Of a DNA stretch of 64,000 nucleotides, positions 42,012-52,213 are shown in pieces. This DNA comes from Lentimicrobiaceae bacterium (lineage in GTDB: Bacteria > Bacteroidota > Bacteroidia > Bacteroidales > JAAYJT01). A program made the translations under genes and the position numbers. The notes beneath the pieces are model-generated. The model ran no database searches. It was not told the DNA's origin and saw only the letters and a list, made by a program, of their open reading frames with translations. Where the stretch lies: NCBI GenBank assembly GCA_037446395.1, contig JBBIIP010000016.1, forward strand, positions 721 to 64,720, given 5' to 3'. The stretch's first letter is position 1. Each line of letters opens with the position of its first letter.

Positions 42012-42019
42012 CAAAACTA
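42012..42019 (-). promoter_or_regulatory. -7 promoter element (TAGTTTTG) for parA operon
   Basis: Matches TAnnTTTG upstream of parA. Confidence 0.45.
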
Positions 42020-42160
42020 ATAAAATAAGACAGTCGCCCGAAACCATTCTTGTAATTGTTAAGAAAATTTGGCACTCGGGCAACCGCGGGGCAGGCATGT
42101 ATCCACATGTTTTTGATAAGAAAGATCCTTGCCTGGCTTCAGAAGAGAATCCAGCCCTGA

Positions 42161-42505
42161 TCAGGTTGCATCAGCCAGCGCATCGAAATCAAGGTCGCGG
42201 GTGTGATTTTTTTCTCCAAAATCTTCTTCTTCTTCAGGAGGAGCACTACCAGTTTCGACATACTGAATGACGGCTTTCAATCCCGACATGAACTTTTTGA
42301 AGTCTTCCTGATATAAAAACAACTTATGTTTTTCGTAGAAAAACTTCCCTTGCTCATTGTCGAATCGCCTTTTGCTCTCAGTGATTGTAAGATAAAGTTC
42401 GTCAGATTTGGTTGATTTAACATCAAAGAAATAGGTCCTCTTTCCTGCGCGCACGGCCCTGGAATATATTTCTTCTCGCTTTTCACTGTTGTCCAACTCT
42501 TCCAT
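42161..42505 (-). CDS. PUR-family nucleic-acid-binding protein (DUF3276)
   Basis: AGKRTYFFDVK, YLTITESK, KHKLFLYQEDF. Confidence 0.9.
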   Translation of the reverse strand: MEELDNSEKREEIYSRAVRAGKRTYFFDVKSTKSDELYLTITESKRRFDNEQGKFFYEKHKLFLYQEDFKKFMSGLKAVIQYVETGSAPPEEEEDFGEKNHTRDLDFDALADAT

Positions 42506-42635
42506 ATTTTTTTGAAATTATTAAACTTGACCACTTAAGATATTGGCAAAGGTATAAATATTCTAATTATCAAAGAATGTGATGTTTTTATAGAAATTTT
42601 TCCAAACCCTCGCAAATCTTCTCAGCAGAAAAGTC

Positions 42636-42668
42636 TTTGTGTCGCTGTAAAATATTTCTCTACCTTTG
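42636..42668 (+). promoter_or_regulatory. Bacteroidota sigma-A promoter for nusB
   Basis: TTTG (42636-42639), 21-nt spacer, TACCTTTG (42661-42668); a divergent TACCTTTG at 42547-42554 serves DUF3276. Confidence 0.7.
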
Positions 42669-42742
42669 CGCCCGCATCAATATTTTTGTGGCAAAACCAA
42701 ATTTGCCAATACGTGCTGATTTTTAAACAATTGTTATTTAAT

Positions 42743-43702
42743 ATGTTGAGTCGTCGGTTTATCAGGGTAAAAGTATTGCAGGCTTTATATGCATACTTCT
42801 TGGATGTTGATAACGACTTGCCTGCCGGAGAAAAGCTCTTAATAAAAAACATCCATCGAACCTTCGAATTATACATAAATGTTCTTTCGTTTCTTGTTGA
42901 ACTGCATGATTTTTACCAAAAACGTGTTGAAGAAGCCATGCAAAAACACTTTCCATCCGACGAAGAACTCAACCCAAATACAAGGTTTATCAACAACAGA
43001 GCGATCAAAATATTAATTGACAGTCGCGATTTTCAAAAAAAATGCAGAGACTTCAAGCCAACCTGGTCCGACGAAACTGAAATGCTGAGAGTACTATACT
43101 TCGAACTGAAAGCAAGCAGCGATTATCAGGATTACATGAGCTCTCCTTTAAATACTTTTAATGAAGACCGGAATTTTTTAATAAAAATTGTTCAACACTT
43201 GCTTTTTCCTTCAGCGGCACTTCAGGGTTATTTCGAAGAAAAAAACATTTATTGGGCCGACGATTACGATACTGCCCTCACGTTGGTTATCTCGACCATC
43301 AAATCCCTAAGACAAGATCAGGATAACCTCACCCCGCTTCCAGATATGTTTGGCAATGCAGAAGATGAATCAGAAGACCTGATGTTTGCAAGGGATCTGT
43401 TCCGAAAAACCATCATTCATAGTGGGGAATTTTCAGAATATATTTCCTCTAAAGCCGAAAACTGGGAAATTGACAGAATTGCACTCATTGATGTCATTCT
43501 ACTCAAAATGGCTATTGCAGAACTACTTCATATGTCATCTATACCGATTAAGGTGACACTGAATGAATACATTGAGATCGCCAAGCAGTACAGTACCCCG
43601 AAAAGTAAAATTTTTATCAACGGAATTCTTGATAAACTTATCTTGCAATTCAATGAAAAGTCCTTACTGCATAAGTCGGGCCGGGGCCTTATTAACAATT
43701 GA
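42743..43702 (+). CDS. nusB: Transcription antitermination factor (long Bacteroidota form)
   Basis: MLSRRFIRVKVLQALYA, NWEIDRIALID, VTLNEYIEIAKQYS, FINGILD. Confidence 0.93.
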   Translation: MLSRRFIRVKVLQALYAYFLDVDNDLPAGEKLLIKNIHRTFELYINVLSFLVELHDFYQKRVEEAMQKHFPSDEELNPNTRFINNRAIKILIDSRDFQKKCRDFKPTWSDETEMLRVLYFELKASSDYQDYMSSPLNTFNEDRNFLIKIVQHLLFPSAALQGYFEEKNIYWADDYDTALTLVISTIKSLRQDQDNLTPLPDMFGNAEDESEDLMFARDLFRKTIIHSGEFSEYISSKAENWEIDRIALIDVILLKMAIAELLHMSSIPIKVTLNEYIEIAKQYSTPKSKIFINGILDKLILQFNEKSLLHKSGRGLINN

Positions 43703-43778
43703 TTGTTATAGATCGGGATAGGCAGATAGGCCTGAATTTCATTCTAATTATTATTTTTGCAGAAAATATTTGCACGGA

Positions 43779-44261
43779 ATGATGTTCTACAAATGGATGA
43801 TCATGCTTGTATGTACCATATTGATAATGTGGTTGATGCAAGCATGCGAAGGCAGAAAAAATAATGCCGGCGACATTCCGGCCAGCATCATTGCAAACCC
43901 AAACACAGCATCGGGGCAAGAAGTCACGAACGAATTGCCGGAAATTACTTTCGAAAAAGAACTTTATGATTTCGGGCGACTTATCAACGGAGAAAAAGTT
44001 TCTTATTCTTTTAAATTTACCAATACAGGTAAGGGCCTATTATTGATATCAAATGTTTCAACGTCATGCGGTTGCACTGTTCCAAAGTATCCCACAAACC
44101 CTATAAAGCCGGGAGAACAGGGGGTAATATCTGTGGCATTCGATAGCAGCGGAAGAAGCGGGTTGCAAACTAAAACTGTGACAGTGATTTCAAACACGCA
44201 ACCAAACACAAGGCTGCTTACTATTACGGCAAACATCGTGGCACCAGAAACAATGCAATAA
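43779..44261 (+). CDS. DUF1573 domain lipoprotein
   Basis: Lipobox-like MQAC, YDFG, FKFTNTG, SCGCT, IKPGE. Confidence 0.85.
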   Translation: MMFYKWMIMLVCTILIMWLMQACEGRKNNAGDIPASIIANPNTASGQEVTNELPEITFEKELYDFGRLINGEKVSYSFKFTNTGKGLLLISNVSTSCGCTVPKYPTNPIKPGEQGVISVAFDSSGRSGLQTKTVTVISNTQPNTRLLTITANIVAPETMQ

Positions 44262-44301
44262 ACATAATCACTGAAAGTTTAAACACCTTAATACATAAAT
44301 C

Positions 44302-44637
44302 ATGAACATTTTAAATTCTATTTTATTGATGGCGCCTGCTTCAAAAGATGGTGGCAGCGGAGGATTTGGTTCCCTTATTTTTCTTCTTCTAATCATTGTG
44401 ATTTTCTATTTCTTCTTCATCCGCCCGCAGGTAAAGAAATCGAAAGAGCAAAAGAAATTCAGGGAAAATCTCAAGAAAGGAGATAAAATTATAACAATTG
44501 GTGGTATCCATGGCAAAATCATCGAAGTTCAGGAAACAACATTTACAATCGAGGTCGAGGGCAATATGCGCCTTAAGATTGAAAAAAGTGCCGTAGCGAT
44601 GGATGCAGCATCACAACTGCCTGCCGATACCAAGTAA
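44302..44637 (+). CDS. yajC: Preprotein translocase subunit
   Basis: FYFFFIRPQ.KK.KE, LKKGDKIITIGGIHGKI. Confidence 0.95.
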   Translation: MNILNSILLMAPASKDGGSGGFGSLIFLLLIIVIFYFFFIRPQVKKSKEQKKFRENLKKGDKIITIGGIHGKIIEVQETTFTIEVEGNMRLKIEKSAVAMDAASQLPADTK

Positions 44638-44646
44638 AATTTATTT

Positions 44647-45654
44647 TTGAAATTGAAAACTGGCAACGAAAATAAACCAGCAGCCTTTAAAACTGCGGCC
44701 CAAAAGCTAAGAAGCCAGTTTCTTGTTTTTCTTTTTTTTCTCGCTGTTTCGGCCTCCATTTGGATGGTTCTGAAGCTCTCTGATGAATTTACTAGCCCGG
44801 TTGTTTACCGATTAGATTATATAAATCAGCCGCGCGGAAAAATACTTATATCAGCAAGCGACACAACACTGACATTGGGATTGGGCATATCAGGATTTGA
44901 ATTTATACGCTTTAAATTTTGGGAAAAAACGCCAAGGCTCATCATTGATCTTGCAAACCTGCCGTCTTTGGCTGACACCGGCAGCCTTACGACCAGGTTG
45001 CCCACGGGCTATCTGCTCAGGAAACTAAGCAGCCAAGGCATACAAAACGATGAAATCAGATTTGCATCTCCCGACACACTTATACTGGAATTTGCACCCG
45101 TTTACAGGAAAAGGCTGCCTGTGGTTGCAGATATTTCCTATACGATTCGGCAGCAATTCAACCTGTATGAACCGCTCAGAATTATTCCCGATAGTGTCGA
45201 AATTGCTGGTGTTTATAGCGACATAAAATTACTGGAATTAGTTACTACCAAACCTGCGGTGTTGCATGACATTTACCATGACCAAACACTGACTCTACCT
45301 ATTCAAACTCCTCGAACCAATTATCCGGTAAGTATTTCGGTGAATGAGGTGGCGGCAGTTTTCAATGTCGAACAATATACTGAAGCCACAATAGATGTGC
45401 CTATAGAAATCAATTATCTAAAGCCGGAATACACCCTGAGAATTTTTCCAAACACAGTGAAAGTTACTTACCTGGTCGCACTTTCTGATTATAAACGAGT
45501 TGACCCGGCATTATTCCGGGCCGTAGTTCAGTATGGCGATGATAAATCTTTGTTGGCCTCAAGGCTGAAGATCGAAATTGCCTATGCTCCGGATTATGTT
45601 GAAGTTACCAGGCTTGAGCCCGACAGGGTTGAATTCATCAGGATAAAAAACTAA
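44647..45654 (+). CDS. YbbR/CdaR-like domain membrane protein
   Basis: Single N-terminal TM, PDSVEIAG and IFPNTVKV units; yajC-ybbR-coaE order. Confidence 0.75.
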   Translation: MKLKTGNENKPAAFKTAAQKLRSQFLVFLFFLAVSASIWMVLKLSDEFTSPVVYRLDYINQPRGKILISASDTTLTLGLGISGFEFIRFKFWEKTPRLIIDLANLPSLADTGSLTTRLPTGYLLRKLSSQGIQNDEIRFASPDTLILEFAPVYRKRLPVVADISYTIRQQFNLYEPLRIIPDSVEIAGVYSDIKLLELVTTKPAVLHDIYHDQTLTLPIQTPRTNYPVSISVNEVAAVFNVEQYTEATIDVPIEINYLKPEYTLRIFPNTVKVTYLVALSDYKRVDPALFRAVVQYGDDKSLLASRLKIEIAYAPDYVEVTRLEPDRVEFIRIKN

Positions 45655-45661
45655 GAATCAA

Positions 45662-46276
45662 ATGCTTAAAGTTGGCCTCACTGGCAATATTGGCAGCGGA
45701 AAAACGCTGATGGCCAACATTTTCGAAGCCCTGGGTGCGCCAGTATTCAATGCCGATGAACAAGCCAGGTGGCTGATGAACCAGGAACCAATAAAAGATC
45801 AGTTACGTTCAAAATTTGGTCAGGAAATATTCGACCTCCACGGAATGTTGAACCGTAAGGCATTGGCGGATATCATTTTTACCAACCCGGCCGAAATGGA
45901 TTATGTCAACGCGTTGGTTCATCCCGCTGTAATGGAACGGTTCCACGAATGGTGCAGCCAGGTTGCTACTCCCACGTTGGTAATCTTTGAGGCAGCTATC
46001 CTGATAGAATCCGGCCTCTTCGAACAGTTTGATAAAATCATTCTTGTTTCGGCACCTTCAAACATACGCATGCAACGCATAGTCAGCCGCGACCAGGTGA
46101 AGCCCGAAAAGGTTCTATCAAGAATGCAAAATCAATGGCCTGAAGAAGATAAACTGGAGTATGCCGATTATATCGTCTGCAACGATGGTTGTACACCTCT
46201 AATCGCACAATGCCTCAATATTCATTCAGGGTTGTTGGAATGGGTTTGTGGGTCGAAAGCGCGAGAAAAAGTGTAA
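45662..46276 (+). CDS. coaE: Dephospho-CoA kinase
   Basis: VGLTGNIGSGKT, LVHPAV, EAAILIE, RMQNQW. Confidence 0.95.
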   Translation: MLKVGLTGNIGSGKTLMANIFEALGAPVFNADEQARWLMNQEPIKDQLRSKFGQEIFDLHGMLNRKALADIIFTNPAEMDYVNALVHPAVMERFHEWCSQVATPTLVIFEAAILIESGLFEQFDKIILVSAPSNIRMQRIVSRDQVKPEKVLSRMQNQWPEEDKLEYADYIVCNDGCTPLIAQCLNIHSGLLEWVCGSKAREKV

Positions 46277-46311
46277 AACAAGACTTAATGGTTCCCTAAA
46301 GCATAATAAAA

Positions 46312-46406
46312 AAGAGGCTGCCAAAGAAGAAATTTAAAATTCGAATCACCATGGAATGACAAATGTCTTTCACAAGCGATCAATCTGTTCTTTATGGCTG
46401 CCTCTT
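46312..46406. repeat. Imperfect inverted repeat between convergent coaE and DUF4332 (terminator or MITE-like remnant)
   Basis: AAGAGGCTGCCAAAGAA ... TTCTTTATGGCTGCCTCTT around a ~60-nt loop. Confidence 0.55.
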
Positions 46407-46443
46407 GTCGAAGAAAAAGGATTTCTTCCGGTAGAGTTTAAAC

Positions 46444-46851
46444 TTAGTAAGTTACCACCGGAGGCAATTGCTTGGCTTGTTCGATGAATTTTTCAACCAT
46501 CTTCAAGGCCGGCACTGCTCGGGTGACTTTCTTTTCGGCCTGCACCTGAACCAGCTTTTCGTACAGGTTGGCTGCATTCCTGTTTCTGAGTTCTTTCACT
46601 GTATCCACACCTGCTGCTTCCAGCAGTTCAGAAAACTGTGGGCCGATGCCTTTTATTCTAAACAAATCGGCCATATTCACCCACTCAAGAATTTTCCCTT
46701 CGTCAATCCCCGATTTTTCAGCAATTTCTTTTCGTCCGCCACGCGATGCGCCTTTTTCGAGTAAGCACTCCACAGTGGTAATGCCGGCAGCCTGAAGCTT
46801 TGCGCCATACACAGGGCCGATGCCTTCAATTTCAATCACTTTCTTTGCCAT
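46444..46851 (-). CDS. DUF4332 / helix-hairpin-helix domain protein
   Basis: IEGIGPVY, WVNMADLFRIKGIG, LLEAAGVDTVKEL. Confidence 0.85.
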   Translation of the reverse strand: MAKKVIEIEGIGPVYGAKLQAAGITTVECLLEKGASRGGRKEIAEKSGIDEGKILEWVNMADLFRIKGIGPQFSELLEAAGVDTVKELRNRNAANLYEKLVQVQAEKKVTRAVPALKMVEKFIEQAKQLPPVVTY

Positions 46852-47083
46852 AATTTCAGATTTAGGTTAATACTAGGTTTTGCTTTTTTGTGAAAAAGAG
46901 AAACAAATATACGAACAAAGCTAAACATTTTTTTAATCAAAAAATAAAAGTTTTTAAGATGATTTCTTGCCCTTTTGTTGAACAATATAAAAATAATAGT
47001 ATACCGGTTTAAAATTATACCATTTGGGGGTTAAATATACGCTCGAAATCAAATTTCAGCCCAGATTGATTTTGTTTTTATAA

Positions 47084-47104
47084 ATGAGTAATTTTGTTGC
47101 TCAT
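47084..47104 (+). promoter_or_regulatory. Palindromic operator overlapping -7 promoter element
   Basis: ATGAGTAA-TTTTG-TTGCTCAT (7/8 inverted match) contains TAATTTTG at 47089-47096, 18 nt before the regulator ATG. Confidence 0.6.
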
Positions 47105-47122
47105 TTCGAATGGTGACCATCA

Positions 47123-47665
47123 ATGTTACAATCCATCATTACATCGAAGACCAGGATAAAACTTTTGCTCAAGTTTTTTTTAAATAGCAGGAACACCAGC
47201 CATTTGAGAGACCTTGCATTGGAGTATGGCGAATCAACAAACGCCATCCGCCTTGAACTTAACCACCTCGAAAAAGCCCAGTTGCTTCTATCTGTGAAGC
47301 AAGGAAACAAGAAAGTGTTTCAGGCCAATACCATGCATCCGTTCTACGGGATTATTCACCAGCTATTAATGAAGCACACCGGCATAGACCAGATCATTGA
47401 TAACGTGGTGCGCAACCTACGTGGTGTGCAAAGTGCCTATGTGACGGGAAGCTTTGCCAAAGGCAATGACAATCCGGTGGTTGATCTGCTCCTGTTGGGA
47501 AAAGATATTGAAATCAACTACCTGATTCACACGATCACGAAAGCCGAAATACTCATCCATCGAAAGATCCGCTACACATTGATTCATCCCGATGAGGCTG
47601 AAAAATATTTAAGCATGCATCCAGAAGCATTTCTGTTGTGGCAAGAAAATGAAATTCAGTTGTAA
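47123..47665 (+). CDS. Winged-helix (ArsR-like) regulator fused to nucleotidyltransferase-like domain
   Basis: SKTRIKLL...LRDLA.EYGESTNAIRLELNHL (wHTH); YVTGSFAKG...VDLLLLG (MNT-like). Confidence 0.8.
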   Translation: MLQSIITSKTRIKLLLKFFLNSRNTSHLRDLALEYGESTNAIRLELNHLEKAQLLLSVKQGNKKVFQANTMHPFYGIIHQLLMKHTGIDQIIDNVVRNLRGVQSAYVTGSFAKGNDNPVVDLLLLGKDIEINYLIHTITKAEILIHRKIRYTLIHPDEAEKYLSMHPEAFLLWQENEIQL

Positions 47666-47830
47666 AAAACTGATTATATGTATGATAGTTTTCCTCATAG
47701 GTCTTGTATCTGGGACTGAAAGAGCGGAGCCATCAATAGGAGTAAGTAATTATAGACACAAAAAATCAATAAGAAAACTACAAGTGCGTTCGTGTTCAAG
47801 GCATTTAACAATTCTAAAATTACAAACACA

Positions 47831-48886
47831 ATGACGAAAACCGCCCTTATTTCAGGAATAACCGGCCAGGATGGAAGCTACCTTGCCGAACTGCTGCTCG
47901 AAAAAGGTTATACGGTTCATGGAATCATTCGCCGAAGCAGTTCTTTCAATACCTTCAGAATTGATCATTTGTTTGACAATCCGGAGGTGGGCAACCAACG
48001 CTTGTTTCTGCACTTTGGCGACCTTTCCGATTCGAGCAACATAAACCGGTTGGTCGAAAAAACCCAGCCCGACGAAATCTATAACCTTGGAGCCCAAAGC
48101 CATGTGAAAGTAAGTTTTGAAGTTCCAGAATATACGGCCGAGGTGGACGGTTTGGGAACGCTACGGTTTCTGGATGCCATTAAAGAAACCGGAATAAAAA
48201 CCAGGTTTTATCAGGCATCTACCTCCGAATTGTTTGGATTAGCACAGGAGGTTCCCCAAACAGAGAAAACGCCGTTCTACCCCCGCAGCCCCTATGCAGC
48301 AGCCAAGCTATACGCCTATTGGATTGTGGTGAATTATCGCGAGGCCTACAATCTTTTTGCAAGCAACGGAATTCTATTCAACCACGAAAGCGAACGCCGC
48401 GGAAAAACATTTGTAACACGAAAAATAACCGTGGCTGTGGCAAAGATTCTCAATGGGCTGCAGGACCGCCTCCTTTTAGGAAATCTGGATGCAAGGCGCG
48501 ACTGGGGTTATGCTCCGGAATTCGTGGATGGCATGTGGCGCATGCTTCAGGTGGATGAGCCGGACGACTTTGTGTTGGCAACGAACGAAACACATACGGT
48601 AAAAGAATTTGTTGAAGCGGCATTCGGTGTGATGGGCGAGGAGATTGTCTGGAAAGGCGAAGGAGTGGATGAAAAAGGCTTTCTGAAATCAAATGGCAAA
48701 GAAGTCGTGGCCATTGACCCGCGCTATTTCAGGCCAACCGAAGTAGAACTTCTCATTGGCGATTATACCAAAGCCAAAGAAAAATTAGGCTGGCAACCCA
48801 AAACTACATTCAAAGACCTGGTCAGGATTATGGTTGAAGGAGATTTTAAAAAAGTGGTCGAGAAAGGCAAAACCTTGATAAAATGA
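47831..48886 (+). CDS. gmd: GDP-mannose 4,6-dehydratase
   Basis: [44 protein letters not shown]. Confidence 0.97.
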   Translation: MTKTALISGITGQDGSYLAELLLEKGYTVHGIIRRSSSFNTFRIDHLFDNPEVGNQRLFLHFGDLSDSSNINRLVEKTQPDEIYNLGAQSHVKVSFEVPEYTAEVDGLGTLRFLDAIKETGIKTRFYQASTSELFGLAQEVPQTEKTPFYPRSPYAAAKLYAYWIVVNYREAYNLFASNGILFNHESERRGKTFVTRKITVAVAKILNGLQDRLLLGNLDARRDWGYAPEFVDGMWRMLQVDEPDDFVLATNETHTVKEFVEAAFGVMGEEIVWKGEGVDEKGFLKSNGKEVVAIDPRYFRPTEVELLIGDYTKAKEKLGWQPKTTFKDLVRIMVEGDFKKVVEKGKTLIK

Positions 48887-48980
48887 TAATCACTGATCTA
48901 TCGCAGTACGGCTTTTCAAAATTATTAAAATCGGTTGTTTAGTGCGATTTCGTCTTCTTTAATTAAATGATGGTGCAAAA

Positions 48981-50087
48981 ATGAACAAAAACAGCAAGAT
49001 TTACATTGCCGGCCATCAGGGCATGGTTGGATCAGCATTGTGGAAAAACCTCAATGCCAAAGGATATAAAAATCTTATCGGGAAAAGCTTCGAGGAATTG
49101 GACCTGACCGACCAGGAGGCCACCGCAAATTATTTCGAAACCGAAAAGCCAGAATATGTTTTCTTAGCTGCCGCCAAGGTGGGTGGAATCGTTGCTAACA
49201 ATACTTATCGGGCTGAATTTATCTTTAGCAACCTCATGATACAAAACAATGTCATACACCTGGCATACTTGAATGGCGTTAAGAAACTCCTCTTTCTTGG
49301 CAGCACCTGCATCTATCCACGCGATTGCCCACAGCCCATGAAAGAGAAATACCTGCTCACCAGCCCCCTCGAGTATACAAACGAACCTTATGCAGTTGCC
49401 AAAATAGCTGGGATCAAAATGTGTGAAAGCTACAATCTTCAATATGGCACCAACTTTATTTCCGTGATGCCTACCAACCTCTATGGTCCAAACGAATCCT
49501 ACGATCTCGAAAAAAGCCATGTGCTTCCTGCATTGCTTCGCAAGATTCATTTGGGCAAATGCCTGGAGGAAAACAAATGGGATGAAATTCGCGCAGATCT
49601 GAACAAACGCCCAATTGAAGGGGTTAGTGGCGCTTTTAGCGATTTTAAAATTCTTCAGGTATTAAGTAAATATGGGGTAAGGCAAAAAGCTACCAGCCAA
49701 AAAAATGATGTTATGGTGGAAATTTGGGGAACCGGCAATGCAATGCGAGAGTTTATGTGGTCGGAAGACATGGCCGATGCCTGTATTTTTATTATGCAGA
49801 ATGTCAATTTCAGCGACCTCATTTTGCCCGGTAACGAAATTAGAAATACACATATAAATATTGGAACCGGAAAAGAAATTTCCATCCGCGATTTGTCCCA
49901 TATGGTAAGAACTGTGGTTGGATTCAAAGGCAGTCTTTATTTCAACACCGAAAAACCCGATGGCACATTGCGCAAACTCACCGATCCTTCAAAACTTCAC
50001 AGCCTTGGCTGGAAACATACCGTTGAACTCGATGAGGGGATAAGAAAGATGTATGATTGGTATCGGGTAGGTTTAACCTTGCCTTAA
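48981..50087 (+). CDS. fcl: GDP-L-fucose synthase
   Basis: IAGHQGMVGSA, AAAKVGGI, LGSTCIYP, YAVAKIAG, MPTNLYGP; follows gmd. Confidence 0.95.
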   Translation: MNKNSKIYIAGHQGMVGSALWKNLNAKGYKNLIGKSFEELDLTDQEATANYFETEKPEYVFLAAAKVGGIVANNTYRAEFIFSNLMIQNNVIHLAYLNGVKKLLFLGSTCIYPRDCPQPMKEKYLLTSPLEYTNEPYAVAKIAGIKMCESYNLQYGTNFISVMPTNLYGPNESYDLEKSHVLPALLRKIHLGKCLEENKWDEIRADLNKRPIEGVSGAFSDFKILQVLSKYGVRQKATSQKNDVMVEIWGTGNAMREFMWSEDMADACIFIMQNVNFSDLILPGNEIRNTHINIGTGKEISIRDLSHMVRTVVGFKGSLYFNTEKPDGTLRKLTDPSKLHSLGWKHTVELDEGIRKMYDWYRVGLTLP

Positions 50088-50157
50088 ACAAAAAATTTAC
50101 TTCCCAGCCTCCCATTATCTTAAAATTTTTTCGACCCACCTTAAATCAATTTGTTAA

Positions 50158-51960
50158 ATGGAATCCAGCACTTCAATCCGTAGCTCGTTGAGAAAACTCT
50201 ACAGTCTTTTCAGCCGGCGCGAGAAAATCAAATCTGTCGGGTTATTGTTTTTATTGGTTTTGAATGCCCTAATGGAAATGATCGGGATCGGCGCAATTCC
50301 GGCATTTATTCTCGTGGTTTCTTCTCCGGAGAAGGTGCTGACACATCCTGTTTCGGGTGCCCTTGCTGCCTGGTTGGGCATCGAAACAGCCAGGGAGCTG
50401 TTGGTAATTGGATCTGTTGGGTTAATAGGACTATTTGTTGCAAAAGGGCTGCTGGTTGCCTTCATCGGATATATTCGTACTAGGTTCGTCCAATATAAGT
50501 ACATTGACCTTTCGAGCCGTTTGTTTACCGGTTATATGTTCGCACCTTATGCTTTTCATTTGAACCGAAATTCGGCGGAACTTCTGCGAAACCTGGGCAC
50601 CGAAGCCCATATAGTGGTTTACCTTGTTTTTCTACCGTTGATGGGGATTGCATTAAATATGATAACAATTGTTTTTGTGCTGGCTTTACTAATTACTGTC
50701 CAGCCTTTGTTTTCGATGGTGGCGCTTTTAAGTCTCGGCGGAACTACCTGGGCAATGATGAAAATTGTTCAAAAAAAATCCGAAAAGCATGGAAAAATAG
50801 AAGTATTGCATCGCCAAATCAGCAATCAAACAATCATTGAGGGATTATCGGGGTTTAAAGAAGCACGGGTGCTAGGAAGAGAAATCAATTTTCTAAATCG
50901 TTACAATACAAGTATTTGGCTAAGGTCGAAAGCCCAGTTTTTTCTTGAGATGATGCAGACAATTCAGCGCCCGGTTTATGAAACCATCACGGTAATTGGG
51001 GTTCTTGGCCTTGCCCTTGCGCTTACCGCTCACGAGGAGTCAATGGAACGGATTATTGCCGTGCTGGCTTTATTTGCAGCGGCAACCTACCGTTTGATGC
51101 CGACGTTTAAAGAGCTCATGACACAACTCAATTATTTCAGGTATTATATTCATTCGGTTGATCCGGTTTATCAGGACATCCAGTTGCTTAGCAAATATGC
51201 AGCTTCGGAAAAACAAACTGCCGAACCGGCCTTGCCATTTCAATCGGAAATTGAAATCGAAGCACTTGACTATTATTACCCGGGAACAACTGAGGCGGCG
51301 TTGAAAGAAATCAGTTTAAAGATAAAACGAGGTACTGCCATTGCCCTGGTGGGTGAATCGGGTGCCGGAAAAACAACACTCGTGGATGCTTTGCTGGGGC
51401 TTTTACAGATAGAAAAAGGTAAAATAAGTGTTGATGGTGTTGATATTAGTAACTGTTCCCGTGCATGGCAACGCAATATCGGCTACGTGCCTCAGAATAT
51501 ATTTCTGAGCGACGAATCGCTCAAACGCAATGTGGCCTTTGGATTGAACGACGAAGAAATTGATGATGAAAAATTCAGGCTCGCTGTTGCGGCAGCACAA
51601 CTTAACGAGCTAATAAGCCGGCTGCCCGAAAAAGAAAATACAATGATTGGCGAACGCGGCATAAGGCTCTCAGGAGGGCAGCGCCAGCGCATCGGCATTG
51701 CCCGTGCATTGTATCACAACCCGCAACTGCTCATCATGGACGAAGGCACCTCGGCCCTCGACAACATTACCGAAAAATACGTGATTGAAGCCATTGAGCG
51801 CCTCAAAGGCGACCGCACCATCATCATGATTGCCCACCGCCTCTCCACGGTGAAGAAATGTGATCATATATTCCTGATGAAAGAGGGAAAAATTATTGAC
51901 TCGGGCACCTACGCTGAACTGATGAGCCAAAGCAAGGAATTCAGGTTGATGAATCAATAA
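50158..51960 (+). CDS. ABC transporter permease/ATPase, PglK/MsbA-like glycan flippase
   Basis: TM domain plus GESGAGKTT, LSGGQRQRIGIARA, MDEGTSALD; inside glycan locus. Confidence 0.88.
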   Translation: MESSTSIRSSLRKLYSLFSRREKIKSVGLLFLLVLNALMEMIGIGAIPAFILVVSSPEKVLTHPVSGALAAWLGIETARELLVIGSVGLIGLFVAKGLLVAFIGYIRTRFVQYKYIDLSSRLFTGYMFAPYAFHLNRNSAELLRNLGTEAHIVVYLVFLPLMGIALNMITIVFVLALLITVQPLFSMVALLSLGGTTWAMMKIVQKKSEKHGKIEVLHRQISNQTIIEGLSGFKEARVLGREINFLNRYNTSIWLRSKAQFFLEMMQTIQRPVYETITVIGVLGLALALTAHEESMERIIAVLALFAAATYRLMPTFKELMTQLNYFRYYIHSVDPVYQDIQLLSKYAASEKQTAEPALPFQSEIEIEALDYYYPGTTEAALKEISLKIKRGTAIALVGESGAGKTTLVDALLGLLQIEKGKISVDGVDISNCSRAWQRNIGYVPQNIFLSDESLKRNVAFGLNDEEIDDEKFRLAVAAAQLNELISRLPEKENTMIGERGIRLSGGQRQRIGIARALYHNPQLLIMDEGTSALDNITEKYVIEAIERLKGDRTIIMIAHRLSTVKKCDHIFLMKEGKIIDSGTYAELMSQSKEFRLMNQ

Positions 51961-52097
51961 CTTTTCTGCCCCATAGAAAGAATTAACGCATAGCACAGCC
52001 ATTACACTCGGCAAAAAAACACAACATGCCAAACGAATACAATCTATGGGATGCGCTAAGTAAACCGCACGGCGGTCTGACCAAGTACGCAGATTAC

Positions 52098-52191
52098 TGT
52101 CCACAGATTACACAGATTATACGGATTATTGTCCACAGATTACACAGATTACACGGGTTATTGTCCACAGATTACACAGATTACACAGATT
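52098..52191 (+). repeat. Three tandem 32-bp repeats with internal 9-nt period
   Basis: Units at 52098, 52130, 52162, consensus TGTCC-ACAGATT-AC-ACAGATT-AC-ACRGATT-AT. Confidence 0.95.
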
Positions 52192-52213
52192 GTAAAGACT
52201 AAATACTGATGGT

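Noticed and set aside
40233-42160. parS site near parAB
   Set aside because: No TGTTTCACGTGAAACA-like palindrome found by eye.
49540-49720. Insertion in GDP-fucose synthase as an intein or mobile insert
   Set aside because: Short in-frame loop with no intein motifs, of a kind I recall in Bacteroidota Fcl proteins.
52098-52191. CRISPR array
   Set aside because: The 32-bp units abut with no unique spacers, have an internal 9-nt period, and no cas genes are present.
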